Shown here in pieces: positions 19,904-31,129 of a stretch of DNA of 64,000 bases (the stretch's first letter is position 1; every line of letters begins with the position of its first letter). A model generated the notes under the pieces. The model was not told the DNA's origin. It saw nothing but the letters and a program-made list of their open reading frames with translations, and searched no databases. Origin of the DNA: Planctomycetota bacterium (GTDB lineage Bacteria > Planctomycetota > UBA1135 > UBA2386). Both the position numbers and the translations under genes were made by a program. The stretch is taken from NCBI GenBank assembly GCA_046290465.1, contig JBKAGP010000001.1:128001-192000 (forward strand), read 5' to 3'.

Positions 19904-21034
19904 ATGCGAACGAACGTCCCCTTGCTCGCGGCTCTCGCGCTGGCCGGCTCTGCCGCCGCCCAGGCGCTGCCGAAGAGCGGCGAGGTCGCGCTGCAGACCA
20001 AGATCCAGCGCCGCCAGAAGCTGCTGCTCCCCGGTGAGGCCGCCACCGCGGTCGCCACCGGCTTCCACTTCCAGGACGGCATCGGCGCCGACTTCCGCGC
20101 CGACATCGACGGCGAAGCGCTGCGCATCGACGCCGACGGCGACGGCGAACTCGAGACCCGCATCGAGGGCGACAAGGGCTTCGTCGTGCTGGCGAAGGAC
20201 GGCCGCCGCTACGGCGTCTCGCTGCACAAGCAGGGCGAGTGGACGTTCGTCGCCGGCTCGGTGGTGCAGGGCGAACTCGCCGGCACGCGGATCCGGATCG
20301 TCGACCAGAACCACAACGGCCGCTTCGACGACATCGGCAAGGACGCGCTGGTGATCGGCAACGGCCGCGCCGCCTCGTTCCTGTCGGAGGTGGTCTCGAT
20401 CGGCGGCGAGCTGAAGCAGATCGAGGTCGCCGCCGACGGCAGCAAGCTGCGGTTCGCGCCGTTCGCGGGCGCCACCGGCAAGCTGTCGCTGCGCGCGGTC
20501 ACCGACGGCAAGGTGATGGCCGCCGTGCTCAACAGCACCGACGGCCGCTACTCGGTGCACCTCAGCAAGCACGACGCCGAGATGGTCGTGCCGGCCGGCG
20601 ACTACGTGCTGCACTCGGGCGTGCTGTCGCTCGCCGGCAGCCGGGTCGCGATGAGCCAGGGCCGCAGCAAGCCGTTCGCGGTCGCCGCCGACGCCGCCGA
20701 GAAGCTCCAGTGGGGCGGCCCGGCCAAGGCCGAGTTCGCCTACCAGGACCAGGGCGGCCAGCTGACCTTCGACCCGAACCGGATCTGGTTCTACGGTGCG
20801 AAGAACGAGGAGTACAAGAACTGGAACCCGGTCGGGAAGTCGCCGCGCATCACGGTCGTCGATCGTTCGACCGGAGAGGTGATCGCCGAGACCAGATTCC
20901 CAGGCAGTTGTTGAGGCCGAGGCCTCGTACCGGTCGCCGTGAGCGTGCCGAACAACACCAAGGAACTGCACATCGAGATGGTCTTCGACAACTGGGCGTT
21001 CGGCGAGATCGTCGGCACCCCGCGCGGGCTGTAG
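19904..21034 (+). CDS. Secreted protein, candidate selenoprotein (UGA at 20912-20914 read as Sec); 336 aa if UGA is a stop, 376 aa with readthrough
   Basis: Signal peptide and Ca-binding-like DADGDG/DQNHNG loops. After ..FPGSC-TGA the frame continues for 39 codons with strong GC3 bias to TAG at 21032-21034. Confidence 0.65.
20931..20950 (+). promoter_or_regulatory. Putative bacterial SECIS hairpin
   Basis: CGGUCGC-cguga-GCGUGCCG. The apical loop begins 23 nt after UGA and has GU at loop positions 2-3. Confidence 0.5.
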
Positions 21035-21040
21035 TCGGCC

Positions 21041-21101
21041 CCGCTCGAAGCACAGCCCGCTCGAACGACAGCTGGCTCGAACGCAGCCGGCTCGAAGCAC
21101 A
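21041..21101 (+). repeat. Four imperfect ~16-bp tandem repeats (core GCTCGAA)
   Basis: GCTCGAA at 21043, 21059, 21075 and 21090. Confidence 0.75.
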
Positions 21102-21171
21102 CCTGACGCGCCCGTTCCCCCCGAGTCCCCCGACCCGGCGGGCGCACCCCTGATCGAGACGTTTCCCGCCC

Positions 21172-23502
21172 ATGGTCCGTACCCATCGAATCGTCGCGCT
21201 CGTGCTGCTGGCATGCAGCATCGCCCTCGGCCCCCTGGCGGCACAACAGGGGGAAGCGCGCGTGCCCGTGCGCGTGCTCGGCGGCCGCCTGGTCGCCCGC
21301 TGCCAGCTGTCGTCGCCGACCAACAGCGCGCCGGTCAACCTGTGGATCTCGTTCGACAAGCCGGTCGGCCTCGAACTGCACAACAAGGTCGCCAACGGCC
21401 TCGCGGTCGAGCAGCCCGACGGCACCACGCTGCCGATGACGATCGAACTGCCGGGCCTCGACATCGAAGTGCCGATGCGCGAGCACGGCGACGAGCAGGC
21501 GATGGAGGACTTCACCAAGCGGTGGGCGCCGCAGATGGAGGAGGTCGCCTGTGCCGGCACGATCGGCGCGAAAATCCTCAAGGACTACGAGGTCACCTTC
21601 GACCTGCCGCGCGGCCAGCTGCGGCTCAAGCGGGCGGTCGACCGCGGCGGCGAACGGCCGACCGGTCCCGAGCAGCACTACGTGCCGGCGTCGGTCGCCG
21701 GCGACGTCGTCTGGATGCCCGCTCGTCTGCAGAACGGCACCACGCGCATGATCGGCCTCGGCTCGACCAGCCTCGACAGCATCGTCGACGAGGACTTCTG
21801 CTTCGAGGTCGACCAGCCCGGCGGCCGCATCGGTCGCGTCGAGGTAGCCGGCATCGATCTGTCCGAGGTCGTTGCATGGCGGCCTGAACTGTTCGACCTG
21901 GTGCACCGCGACGGCGCGCTGGCGACGCTCGGCCTCGGCTTCCTGCAGCAGTTCCGCGTCAGCGTCGACGTGCAGAACGGCTGGATCGGCCTGACCCGCG
22001 TGCGCGAGCAGCCGTTCCCCGAGGAGGAGGCCGCGTTCTTCGACGCCCGCGCCGAGGAGGACGCCGAGGCGCTGGTCGCGTGGATCCGCGAGCACGGCGG
22101 CTCCCGGCTGGCCGGTGAGTGTGCCAACCTGCTGCTGCAGATGCAGATCGACGAGGGCGCGCCGAAGGAGGACATCGAGCCGGCGCTGCAGTGGGCGCAC
22201 GCGGCGCGGCCGGCGGACCTGCGCGCGACCGAGGCGCTCGACGCCGTCGACGCGCTGGTGCAGGCGCGCCGCCCCGACCTCGCGGTGATGGCCGGGCGCA
22301 TGGGCATCGAGGACGGTCGCGCCGACCGCTACCCCGAGGCCGTGCACCGGCTGCACGTGCGCCTCGGCGAGCTGCTGCTCGAGATGGAGGATACGCGCGG
22401 CGCGTGGGAGCATCTGATGTCGGCGGCGTTCGGGCTGACCGACGCGTTCGGCTCGGCCGACCGCGCCAAGGTCAACCTGCTGCTCGGTCGCGTCTACGAG
22501 CTCAAGGGCAAGCACAAGCGCGCGATGTCGCGCTACGTGCAGGCGGTGATCTCGCCGGAGTTCGGTCCGCAGGCGGTGCCGCGGATCGAGGCGCTGCAGC
22601 AGAAGATGGGCGGCGAGCCGTTCTCGGTGGCGCTGGTTGACCGGATGATCTCGGGCAAGGTGCGCAGCATGACGGCGCCGACCCGCTTCGAGGTCGACGA
22701 CAAGACCGACACCAACCGCTGCGTGCTGATCGAGCACGTCACCAACCCGCACCTCGGCCAGAAGCAGGGCGAGCGCTGGCGCGCGTTCACCGAAGGTGGC
22801 GCGATGGTGTTCGAGGCGCTGCAGAGCCACTTCCCCGGCGATCGCGTGGCGCTGCTGTCCTACCACACCGACGCGCCGCGGCCGGTCGCGATCATGAACG
22901 AGCTGTCGCTGACGGTCGCCGAGTCGGTCGGCAAGCGGCCGGTGTTCCTGGTCGACGGCGTGCAGGCCGGGCCCGGCGCGTGTCGCTATCCGGACGCCGA
23001 CACGGTCTACCAGGACGTGCGCGACTCGGCGGTCGCGCGGTTGAAGCGCAAGAGCGACTTCACGATCGAACTCGACGCGCGCATCGAGGACGGCGTGGTG
23101 CGCGGCGAGGCCCGCATCGCCGGCCCGGCGCGCGGGCGCCGCATCGAGCTGGTGCTGGCCGAGAAGGGCGCCATCTACCCGGGCCTCGGTGCGACCGTCG
23201 TGCACCGCATGGTCGCGCGGGCGGCGCTGACCGGCTCGGTGTTCGGTGCCGCCTGGCGCCCCGAGGACGGCAAGATGGTGCTGCCGTTCGAACGCAGCCT
23301 CGACCAGATCGTCGCCGACAACGTCGCGTTCCTCGACGACTACGAGCAGAGCGGTGGCTCACCGGCCTCGCGCCTTTCGACCGGCATGGCCAAGGACCAG
23401 CTGGTGGTCGTCGCGATCGTGCGCGACCCCGGCGGCCGGCGCGTCGACCAGTGCGCGCAGTGCGACGTGCGCGTCGGGACGCCGCAGGAGGACCAACGAT
23501 GA
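21172..23502 (+). CDS. Secreted multidomain protein: two retropepsin-like lobes, TPR-like helices, thioredoxin/Omp28-like C-terminus
   Basis: Signal peptide; GTIGAKILKDYEVTFDLPRGQL and LGLGFLQQFRVSVD; VLIEHVTN..ALLSYH..PVFLVDG..HRMVAR. Confidence 0.65.
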   Translation: MVRTHRIVALVLLACSIALGPLAAQQGEARVPVRVLGGRLVARCQLSSPTNSAPVNLWISFDKPVGLELHNKVANGLAVEQPDGTTLPMTIELPGLDIEVPMREHGDEQAMEDFTKRWAPQMEEVACAGTIGAKILKDYEVTFDLPRGQLRLKRAVDRGGERPTGPEQHYVPASVAGDVVWMPARLQNGTTRMIGLGSTSLDSIVDEDFCFEVDQPGGRIGRVEVAGIDLSEVVAWRPELFDLVHRDGALATLGLGFLQQFRVSVDVQNGWIGLTRVREQPFPEEEAAFFDARAEEDAEALVAWIREHGGSRLAGECANLLLQMQIDEGAPKEDIEPALQWAHAARPADLRATEALDAVDALVQARRPDLAVMAGRMGIEDGRADRYPEAVHRLHVRLGELLLEMEDTRGAWEHLMSAAFGLTDAFGSADRAKVNLLLGRVYELKGKHKRAMSRYVQAVISPEFGPQAVPRIEALQQKMGGEPFSVALVDRMISGKVRSMTAPTRFEVDDKTDTNRCVLIEHVTNPHLGQKQGERWRAFTEGGAMVFEALQSHFPGDRVALLSYHTDAPRPVAIMNELSLTVAESVGKRPVFLVDGVQAGPGACRYPDADTVYQDVRDSAVARLKRKSDFTIELDARIEDGVVRGEARIAGPARGRRIELVLAEKGAIYPGLGATVVHRMVARAALTGSVFGAAWRPEDGKMVLPFERSLDQIVADNVAFLDDYEQSGGSPASRLSTGMAKDQLVVVAIVRDPGGRRVDQCAQCDVRVGTPQEDQR

Positions 23503-24991
23503 GCGAGACGCGCCGCTCCAAGGAGCAGATCCGCGCCGGCCTCGAGCAGCTGGCCCGCCCGGTCGCCGAGCACATCCAGGAACACCACGTGCGCCAGCAG
23601 GCCGGCACCGTGCGCGGGCTGGCCGCACCGCTGCTGGTGTTCCCCGCCGTCTACCTGGTGCTGACGCTGCTGTTCGCGCTGGTCGGTGTCGACCTGCGCT
23701 GGCCGTGGTTCGTGCTGCTGCCGCTGACGCTGCTGCTGCCGACGATGCGCGTGCTGCTGCGCCGCAAGGCAGCGCGCGAGCTGCGCGTGCGCGAGCAGCA
23801 GGCCCTGTGCCTGCTCGACCGCGAGCTGGACCTCGACGACCGTTTGTCGACGGCGCACGCGTTCAGCGCCGAGCAGGAGCCCGACGGCTTCATGCTGGCG
23901 GCGATGCACGACGCCGACCGGCGCCTGCGCGAGGCCCAGGGCCGCAAGCCGCGGCCGACGGCGGCCGAACCGGAGAACGCCGCGCCGATGTGGCTCGCCG
24001 GCGTCGCCGCGCTGGTGCTGCTCTGCGTCGCGACGCAGGTGACGCCGGCGCGTTCGGATGGGGCCGATGCGCCGCTCACCGGCCAGCGCGCCGAGGTGGC
24101 CGGCCACGACCGTCGCGACGACGTGCGCGAGCCGGTGGCACCGCCCGCGGGCGAACGGCCGAACCCCGAGCAACGCACGCCGAGGCGGGCCGAACGCGAC
24201 GCCGTCGACTCGTCGGCCGGCGAGGACGACAACCCGACCGAGGCGCAGCGCAAGGGGCGCAACCCGATGGGCTCGGGCCGCAGCGCCGAAGCGCGCACGG
24301 CCGCCGGCGGCGGCAGCGAGCGCGGCCAGCCGAGCAACCAGGCGCAGTCGACCAAGGGCGGCAAGGCCAAGAAGCCCAAGGAGAAGAAGAAGGACCAGCC
24401 GCGCGCGGACGAGCGCGAGCGCCAGGACGAGCCGAACAAGCCGCCGGAGGAGTCGGGCTCGACCCAGGGCCGCGGCTCCGGCAAGGGCTCGTCGAAGTCG
24501 CCGACCGCGTCGCCGTGGTCGGCCAAGGACCAGGTCGTCACCGACGAAGAGGAAGACCCCGAAGAGGACGAAGAGGTCGACGACGAGAACGACGAGTCGA
24601 AGGCGCGCGGCGGCGTGCAGCCGAACCTTCGCCAGCGCAAGCCGCCGGTGAACCGCGACCTGCAGATCTCGATGGGCAACGGCCAGCCGCAGGACGACGC
24701 CAACGGCCGCGGCGGCCCCGGTGGCCCGAAGAAGCAGCGCGGCGTCGCGCAGCTCGTGCTCGGCGTGACGTTCCCCGACCACGTCAGCGCCAAGCCCAAC
24801 CCTGGCATCTCCAAGATCACCCAGGAACGGATCGAACCCCAGGCCCAGCAGGGCGACCGCATCCCCGGCGAAGGCCGCGGCGCGCGCGCCGCCCCGATGG
24901 GCCACCTGACCAAGAGGACCCTGAGCCCCTGGATGCAGGAGCTCGTGCGCAGTTTCTACCTCAGCCTTCGCGAGGAAGGCGGACCGCAGTG

Positions 24992-24992
<1 letters not shown>
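23499..24992 (+). CDS. Membrane protein with long charged low-complexity C-terminus (MoxR-cluster associated)
   Basis: ATG at 23499 overlaps the upstream stop. Three TM segments, LDRELDLDDRLSTA motif, C-terminal ELVRSFY. Confidence 0.75.
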
Positions 24993-26002
<1,010 letters not shown>

Positions 26003-26044
26003 CCGTCGCGTTCTCTTCGCAGCTTCCTCCACGTCTTCCCGCCG

Positions 26045-26944
26045 ATGCCCGCGACCGCACCGACCCGACAGGAACTCTTCGATCCGGAGTTCCTCGAGGC
26101 CGTCACCCGCTTCCGGATCCTGGCGCAGCGCGTCGCGCGCGGCGGCGTGCACGCCGAGCAGCGTTCGCGCCACGTCGGCTCCGGCATGGAGTTCCGCGAC
26201 TACCGCGGCTATGCGCCGGGCGACGACCTGCGCGCGATCGACTGGAACATCTACCGAAGGCTCGGCCGGGTGTTCCTGCGCCTGTTCGAGGAGTTCGAGG
26301 ACCTGCCGGTCTACCTGGCGCCCGACGTCAGCGGCAGCATGTGGCACGGTGACAAGCCGCGCGCGCATGCCGGCCTGCGCTCGGCGTTCGCGCTGGCGCT
26401 CGCGGCGTTGAACCACCACGACAGCGTCGGGTTGTTCCCGTTCGCCGAGCAGCTGCGCATCGCGCTGCCGGCCAGGAGCGGCAACGTGCGCAAGATGCGG
26501 ATCGCCGAGGCGCTGGCGGCGCAGACGCCGGGCGGGCAGACCGACTTCGTCGCGTCGCTCGGCAAGTTCGCGCGCATGGGGCAGCGCCGGGGCCTGCTGG
26601 TGGTGATCTCGGACTTCTTCGACCCGAACGGCATCGCCGCCGTGCAGGACAGCCTCGCCCGCCAGCGCCACCGGCTGGTGCTGGTGCAGCTGGTGCGCAA
26701 GTCGGACCGGGACCCGTCGCTGAGCGGCGACCTGCTGGTCAAGGACTGCGAGAGCGGCCAGCAGCACGACGTGTCGGTCACGGCCGACGTGCTCGCCGCC
26801 TACCGGCGCGCCTACCAGCAGCACCAGGAAGGCCTCGAGAAGCTGGCGGTGCAGCGGCAGGCGGGCCTGGTGCAGGTCGACGTCGACGAACCGGTCCTGC
26901 CGCAGCTGTCGCAACTGTTCGAGACGGGGGCACTGATCGTATGA
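26045..26944 (+). CDS. DUF58 domain protein
   Basis: GSGMEFRDYRGYAPGDDLRAIDW, DVSGSM and VVISDF motifs. Confidence 0.93.
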   Translation: MPATAPTRQELFDPEFLEAVTRFRILAQRVARGGVHAEQRSRHVGSGMEFRDYRGYAPGDDLRAIDWNIYRRLGRVFLRLFEEFEDLPVYLAPDVSGSMWHGDKPRAHAGLRSAFALALAALNHHDSVGLFPFAEQLRIALPARSGNVRKMRIAEALAAQTPGGQTDFVASLGKFARMGQRRGLLVVISDFFDPNGIAAVQDSLARQRHRLVLVQLVRKSDRDPSLSGDLLVKDCESGQQHDVSVTADVLAAYRRAYQQHQEGLEKLAVQRQAGLVQVDVDEPVLPQLSQLFETGALIV

Positions 26945-28644
26945 GCTTCGGCTTCGTTCCGGCGCTGCTCGGCGTCTTCGGTCTGCTCGCGATCGCGGCG
27001 GCGCTGTTCGCGCTGCAGCGGCTGCGCGTCCGCCACCAGCAGGTGGAGGTCGAGACCACGCTGTTCTGGAAGCAGGCGATCGAGGAGTCGCGCGCCCGCG
27101 TGTTGACGCAGCGCTTCCGCCACCCGTGGACCTACGCGCTGCTGCTGCTGATCTGTGCGCTGCTGTGGCTGTCGTTCGCCGGCATTCGCGGCGACGGTGG
27201 CGACGGCCGCCGCCACCTGGTGCTGCTCGACGGCTCGGCCGGCATGGCCCACGGCGAACGGTTCGCGCGCGCGATCGAACGCGCCCAGGACTACGTTGCC
27301 GGCCTGCCGCAGGAACGCCGCACGGTGGTGCTGTGCGCGGGCCGCACCGAGACCCTGCTGCGGCCCGGCGAGCCGGCCCTGCTGCTGTCGCGCCGGCTCG
27401 ACGGAGTGGCACCGGCCGCGGCGCCCAACCGGATCGCCGAGGTGCTGTTCGACCTGGTCCGCGCCGCCGACGGCGTGCCGACGACCGTCTGCGTGGTCGG
27501 CGACGCGCCGCTGCGCGCAGCCGAACGCGCGCTGCTGCCCGACTCGGTGCGGCTGCGTCGCCTGCCGGTGCCGCCCCGTAGTGGCGCCAACGCCGGCATC
27601 ACCGCGCTCGGCGTGCGGCCCGCGGCGTCCGGTCGCTGGGACGCGGTCGACGTGCTGGTCGAGGTCCTGGCCCTATCGGGCGCGACCGACGGCGCCGCGC
27701 CGCGGCTGCGTCTCGACGACGTCGACTGGACCGGCACCCCGTCGGCCGAGCCCGTCGACGGCGGCCGGCGCTTCCGCTACCGCGACGTGCCGGCGAACGG
27801 CCAGCAGCTGACCGCGTCGCTCGCGGGCGGCGACGCGCTGGCGCTCGACGACGTCGCGACGTTCGTACTGCCGGACCGCGCCCCGATCCCGGTCGCGATC
27901 GGGCCCGGCGTGCCGGCGATCGTGCTGCGCGCGGTCGCCTCCGATCCCGGCCTGGTGCGTCGCGATGGCGATGCGCGGGTCGTGGTGCGCGTCGCCGGCA
28001 CGACCTTCGGCAGCGGCCTGCCGGCGTTCGAACTGGCCGACCCCGAGCAGTCCGACGACGCCTTCCTGGTGTTCCATCCGCCAGGCCAGGATCCGTCGGC
28101 CGTGCTCGACGAACTCTACACCGGGCTCGGCCTGCACGAGATCGACGCGATGGCGGCTGCCGCCGCGCTCGGCCGCGCGGTCACGATGGGTGCGAAGCCA
28201 GCCGAACGGAAGGGGCTGTGGGTCTGGCGGCAGCTGCTCGACCCCGACTACGACTTCGTGCGCTCGCGTTCGTTCCCGCTGTTCGTCGGGCTCGGCCTGC
28301 GCTGGCTCGCCGACTTCGAAGAAGGCCCGGCGCGGGTCGCCGTCGGCGAACCGGTCGCCGCGCACGACGGTGACGTCACCGTAGACGAAGTGCGCGGCCG
28401 CAGCTTCGGTGCCGCGTTCGTGCCGCGGCAGCCCGGCCCACACCAGCCCGCGCGCGGTGCGGCCTTCGCGGCCTCGCTGCTCGACCCGCATGCCAGCGGG
28501 CTCGCGCCGGCCGACCTGGCCGACATCGACGAACTCGACGCGGCGTCGTCGTCGGGCTTCGACCTGATCACCGTCCTGCTGCTCTTCGCGCTGCTGCTGC
28601 TCGCGGCTGAGTGGGTGCTGTTCCGCACGTCCCGCATCCCGTAG
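26941..28644 (+). CDS. BatA-like N-terminal double-TM plus degenerate vWA protein
   Basis: LFALQRLR..VETTLFW, LVLLDGSAGM, and C-terminal LLLAAEW TM. Confidence 0.8.
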   Translation: MSFGFVPALLGVFGLLAIAAALFALQRLRVRHQQVEVETTLFWKQAIEESRARVLTQRFRHPWTYALLLLICALLWLSFAGIRGDGGDGRRHLVLLDGSAGMAHGERFARAIERAQDYVAGLPQERRTVVLCAGRTETLLRPGEPALLLSRRLDGVAPAAAPNRIAEVLFDLVRAADGVPTTVCVVGDAPLRAAERALLPDSVRLRRLPVPPRSGANAGITALGVRPAASGRWDAVDVLVEVLALSGATDGAAPRLRLDDVDWTGTPSAEPVDGGRRFRYRDVPANGQQLTASLAGGDALALDDVATFVLPDRAPIPVAIGPGVPAIVLRAVASDPGLVRRDGDARVVVRVAGTTFGSGLPAFELADPEQSDDAFLVFHPPGQDPSAVLDELYTGLGLHEIDAMAAAAALGRAVTMGAKPAERKGLWVWRQLLDPDYDFVRSRSFPLFVGLGLRWLADFEEGPARVAVGEPVAAHDGDVTVDEVRGRSFGAAFVPRQPGPHQPARGAAFAASLLDPHASGLAPADLADIDELDAASSSGFDLITVLLLFALLLLAAEWVLFRTSRIP

Positions 28645-28657
28645 CCGAGGCCCCCCG

Positions 28658-31129
28658 ATGAACTTCCAGTATCCCGGTTTCCTCTGGCTGCTGCCGCTCG
28701 TGCTGCTGGTGTGGTTCGTGCCGCGGCGACCCGCCGACGCGCGCCGCGCCCTGCTGCGCACGGTCGTGCTGGTCGCGCTGCTGCTGGGCCTCGCGCGGCC
28801 CGTGCTGGTGCGCTCGTCGTGGAGCGACCACCACGTCGTGGTCGTCGATCGCACCGGCAGCGTCGCCGATCCGGCGGCGGTCGACCGTGCGCTCGCGGCC
28901 GTGGTCCAGAAGCTGCAGCCCGACGCGGTGCGGGTGCTCGTCGAGATCGGCGAACGTGCCGGTGCCACCGACGCGCCGGCCGGCTTCGACCAGCTGCTGC
29001 AGGTGCGTTCGAGAGGCCGCTCGCCGCTCGGCGATGCGCTGCACGCGGCGCTGCGGGCGATCCCCGCCGGCACCGGCGGCGCCATCACGCTGATCAGCGA
29101 CGGCCGCGGCACCGACTCTGGCTGGCAGCGCGCGGTCCAGGAACTGACCGAACGCGATCTGCCGCTGCACGTCGTCGCCGTGCCGGCCGCCGACACCAAC
29201 GCGCGGCCGGTCGGCATCGTCCCGCTCGACGAACTGCGCGTCGGCCACGTCGGCCGCGTGCGCGTCGCGGTCGCCGCCGCCGACGCCGAACTGCAGGTCA
29301 CCCTGAAGGCCGATGGCGAGGTCGTCGGCCAGCCGGTCGCGCTCACGTGTCGCGGCGTCGCCACCGTCGACCTGCCGTTCGAGCCGCGCGCGAGCGGCTT
29401 CGTCGACCTGACCGTCGAGGTCGCGCGCACCGACGCCGCCGAGCAAGACCCGTCCGACGACACGCGGACCCGCACCGTCGCCGTGCAGGAGCCGCTGCGC
29501 GTGCTCTACCTCGGCGGCCGCGTGCAGCAGGCCGGAGAACACCTCGGCCAGCTGCTCGGTGACGGCTTCGAGCTGCGGCAGCCGGCCGGGGATGCGATCG
29601 ACCTCGCCGACGTCGACCTGACCGTGCTCGACGACCGCGCTGCGGCCGAGGTGCCGACCGCCTGGCAGCAGGCGATCGCCGACGCCGTGCAGCAGCGCGG
29701 CATGGGCCTGTTGGTCAGCGGCGGCCGTTCGGCGTTCGGTCCCGGCGGCTACCACGACACCGTGATCGAGACCATCTCGCCGGTCGAGTACGTGCAGAAG
29801 GAGGAGAAGAAGGACCCGAGCACCACGCTCGCGGTCGTCATCGACACCTCCGGCTCGATGGTCGGCAACCGGATGACGCTGGCCAAGGAGGTCGCGCGGC
29901 TGGCGATCCGCCGCCTGCTGCCGCACGACAAGGTCGGCATCGTCGAGTTCTACGGCACCAAGCAGTGGGCCGCGCCGATCCAGTCGGCCGCCAACTCGAT
30001 CGACCTGCAGCGCGCCATCAACCGCCTCGGTGCTTCGGGCGGCACGGTGCTGTTCCCGGCGATCGAGGAGTGCTACTACGCGCTCAAGAACGTGCAGACG
30101 CGCTACAAGCACGTGCTCGTGATCACCGACGCCGGCGTCGAGACCGGGCCCTACGAGAACCTGCTGCGCAAGATGGCCGACGAGGGCATCGCGACGTCGA
30201 CGGTGCTGGTTGGCCCGGGCCGTCACAGCGAGTTCCTGGTCGAGCTCGCCGACTGGGGCGGGGGCCGCTACTACCACTCGCCCGACCGCTTCAACCTGCC
30301 CGAGCTGCTGCTGAAGAAGCCGAGCACGTCGATGCTGCCGCCGTACCGTCCCGGCAACTACGCGGTCGAGACCCGCGGCGGCCGCGGCTGGTGGGGGGAC
30401 GTCGACCCGAAGCAGATCCCGCCGGTGGAGACGCTGGTCGAGACCTCGGCGCGGCCCGGTGCCGACGTGTTGATGTCGGTGCAGGGCAGCGGTCGGCCGG
30501 TGCTCGCGTCGTGGCGCTACGGCCTCGGCCGCGTCACCGCGATGACCACCGAGCCGGTCGGCCCGGGCACGCGCGGCTGGCGCGACTGGGACGGCTACGG
30601 GCCGATGCTGGCCCGCCTGCTGGCCCGCACGTCGCGCTCGTCGCAGCCGCCGTTCTCGTTCCTGCTGCGTCGCGACGCCGAACACCTGTACGTCGAGGCA
30701 CGCCGCGCCACTCGCGGCGCGAGCGCGCCACGGGTCGCTGTCGCCGATGGCGCCGAGGTCGATCTGCGCGAGGTCGCGCCGGGCGTGTTCGCCGGCGTGC
30801 ACGTCGCGGCGGCGAGCGACGACGTGCGCCTGCTCGCGACCGATGGTTCGGGCTGGCGCCACCACCTCTGCTCCGATGCGCTCGATGGAGGCGTCCCGGA
30901 GACCCAGGTCGACCCGCGTGAGGCCCTGCCGCTGCCGGCGATCGCCACGCACACCGGCGGTGCGTTCGTGGCGGTCGGCGCAGCCGCGCCGGCCCTGTCG
31001 CTGCGCCGCTCCGGCACGCCGCTGCAGGTGGTGCCGTTGTGGCCGTGGCTGGTCCTGCTGTCCCTGCTCGCATTCCTGTTCGACGTGTTCGACCGCCGTC
31101 GCGGCGCCGGCACGCGGAGGCCCGTCTGA
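28658..31129 (+). CDS. Double vWA / glutamine-amidotransferase-like membrane protein
   Basis: MNFQYPGFLWLL BatA-type start; VVDRTGS; VIDTSGSM MIDAS; GGRSAFGPGGY; PVLASWRYGLGRV. Confidence 0.85.
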   Translation: MNFQYPGFLWLLPLVLLVWFVPRRPADARRALLRTVVLVALLLGLARPVLVRSSWSDHHVVVVDRTGSVADPAAVDRALAAVVQKLQPDAVRVLVEIGERAGATDAPAGFDQLLQVRSRGRSPLGDALHAALRAIPAGTGGAITLISDGRGTDSGWQRAVQELTERDLPLHVVAVPAADTNARPVGIVPLDELRVGHVGRVRVAVAAADAELQVTLKADGEVVGQPVALTCRGVATVDLPFEPRASGFVDLTVEVARTDAAEQDPSDDTRTRTVAVQEPLRVLYLGGRVQQAGEHLGQLLGDGFELRQPAGDAIDLADVDLTVLDDRAAAEVPTAWQQAIADAVQQRGMGLLVSGGRSAFGPGGYHDTVIETISPVEYVQKEEKKDPSTTLAVVIDTSGSMVGNRMTLAKEVARLAIRRLLPHDKVGIVEFYGTKQWAAPIQSAANSIDLQRAINRLGASGGTVLFPAIEECYYALKNVQTRYKHVLVITDAGVETGPYENLLRKMADEGIATSTVLVGPGRHSEFLVELADWGGGRYYHSPDRFNLPELLLKKPSTSMLPPYRPGNYAVETRGGRGWWGDVDPKQIPPVETLVETSARPGADVLMSVQGSGRPVLASWRYGLGRVTAMTTEPVGPGTRGWRDWDGYGPMLARLLARTSRSSQPPFSFLLRRDAEHLYVEARRATRGASAPRVAVADGAEVDLREVAPGVFAGVHVAAASDDVRLLATDGSGWRHHLCSDALDGGVPETQVDPREALPLPAIATHTGGAFVAVGAAAPALSLRRSGTPLQVVPLWPWLVLLSLLAFLFDVFDRRRGAGTRRPV

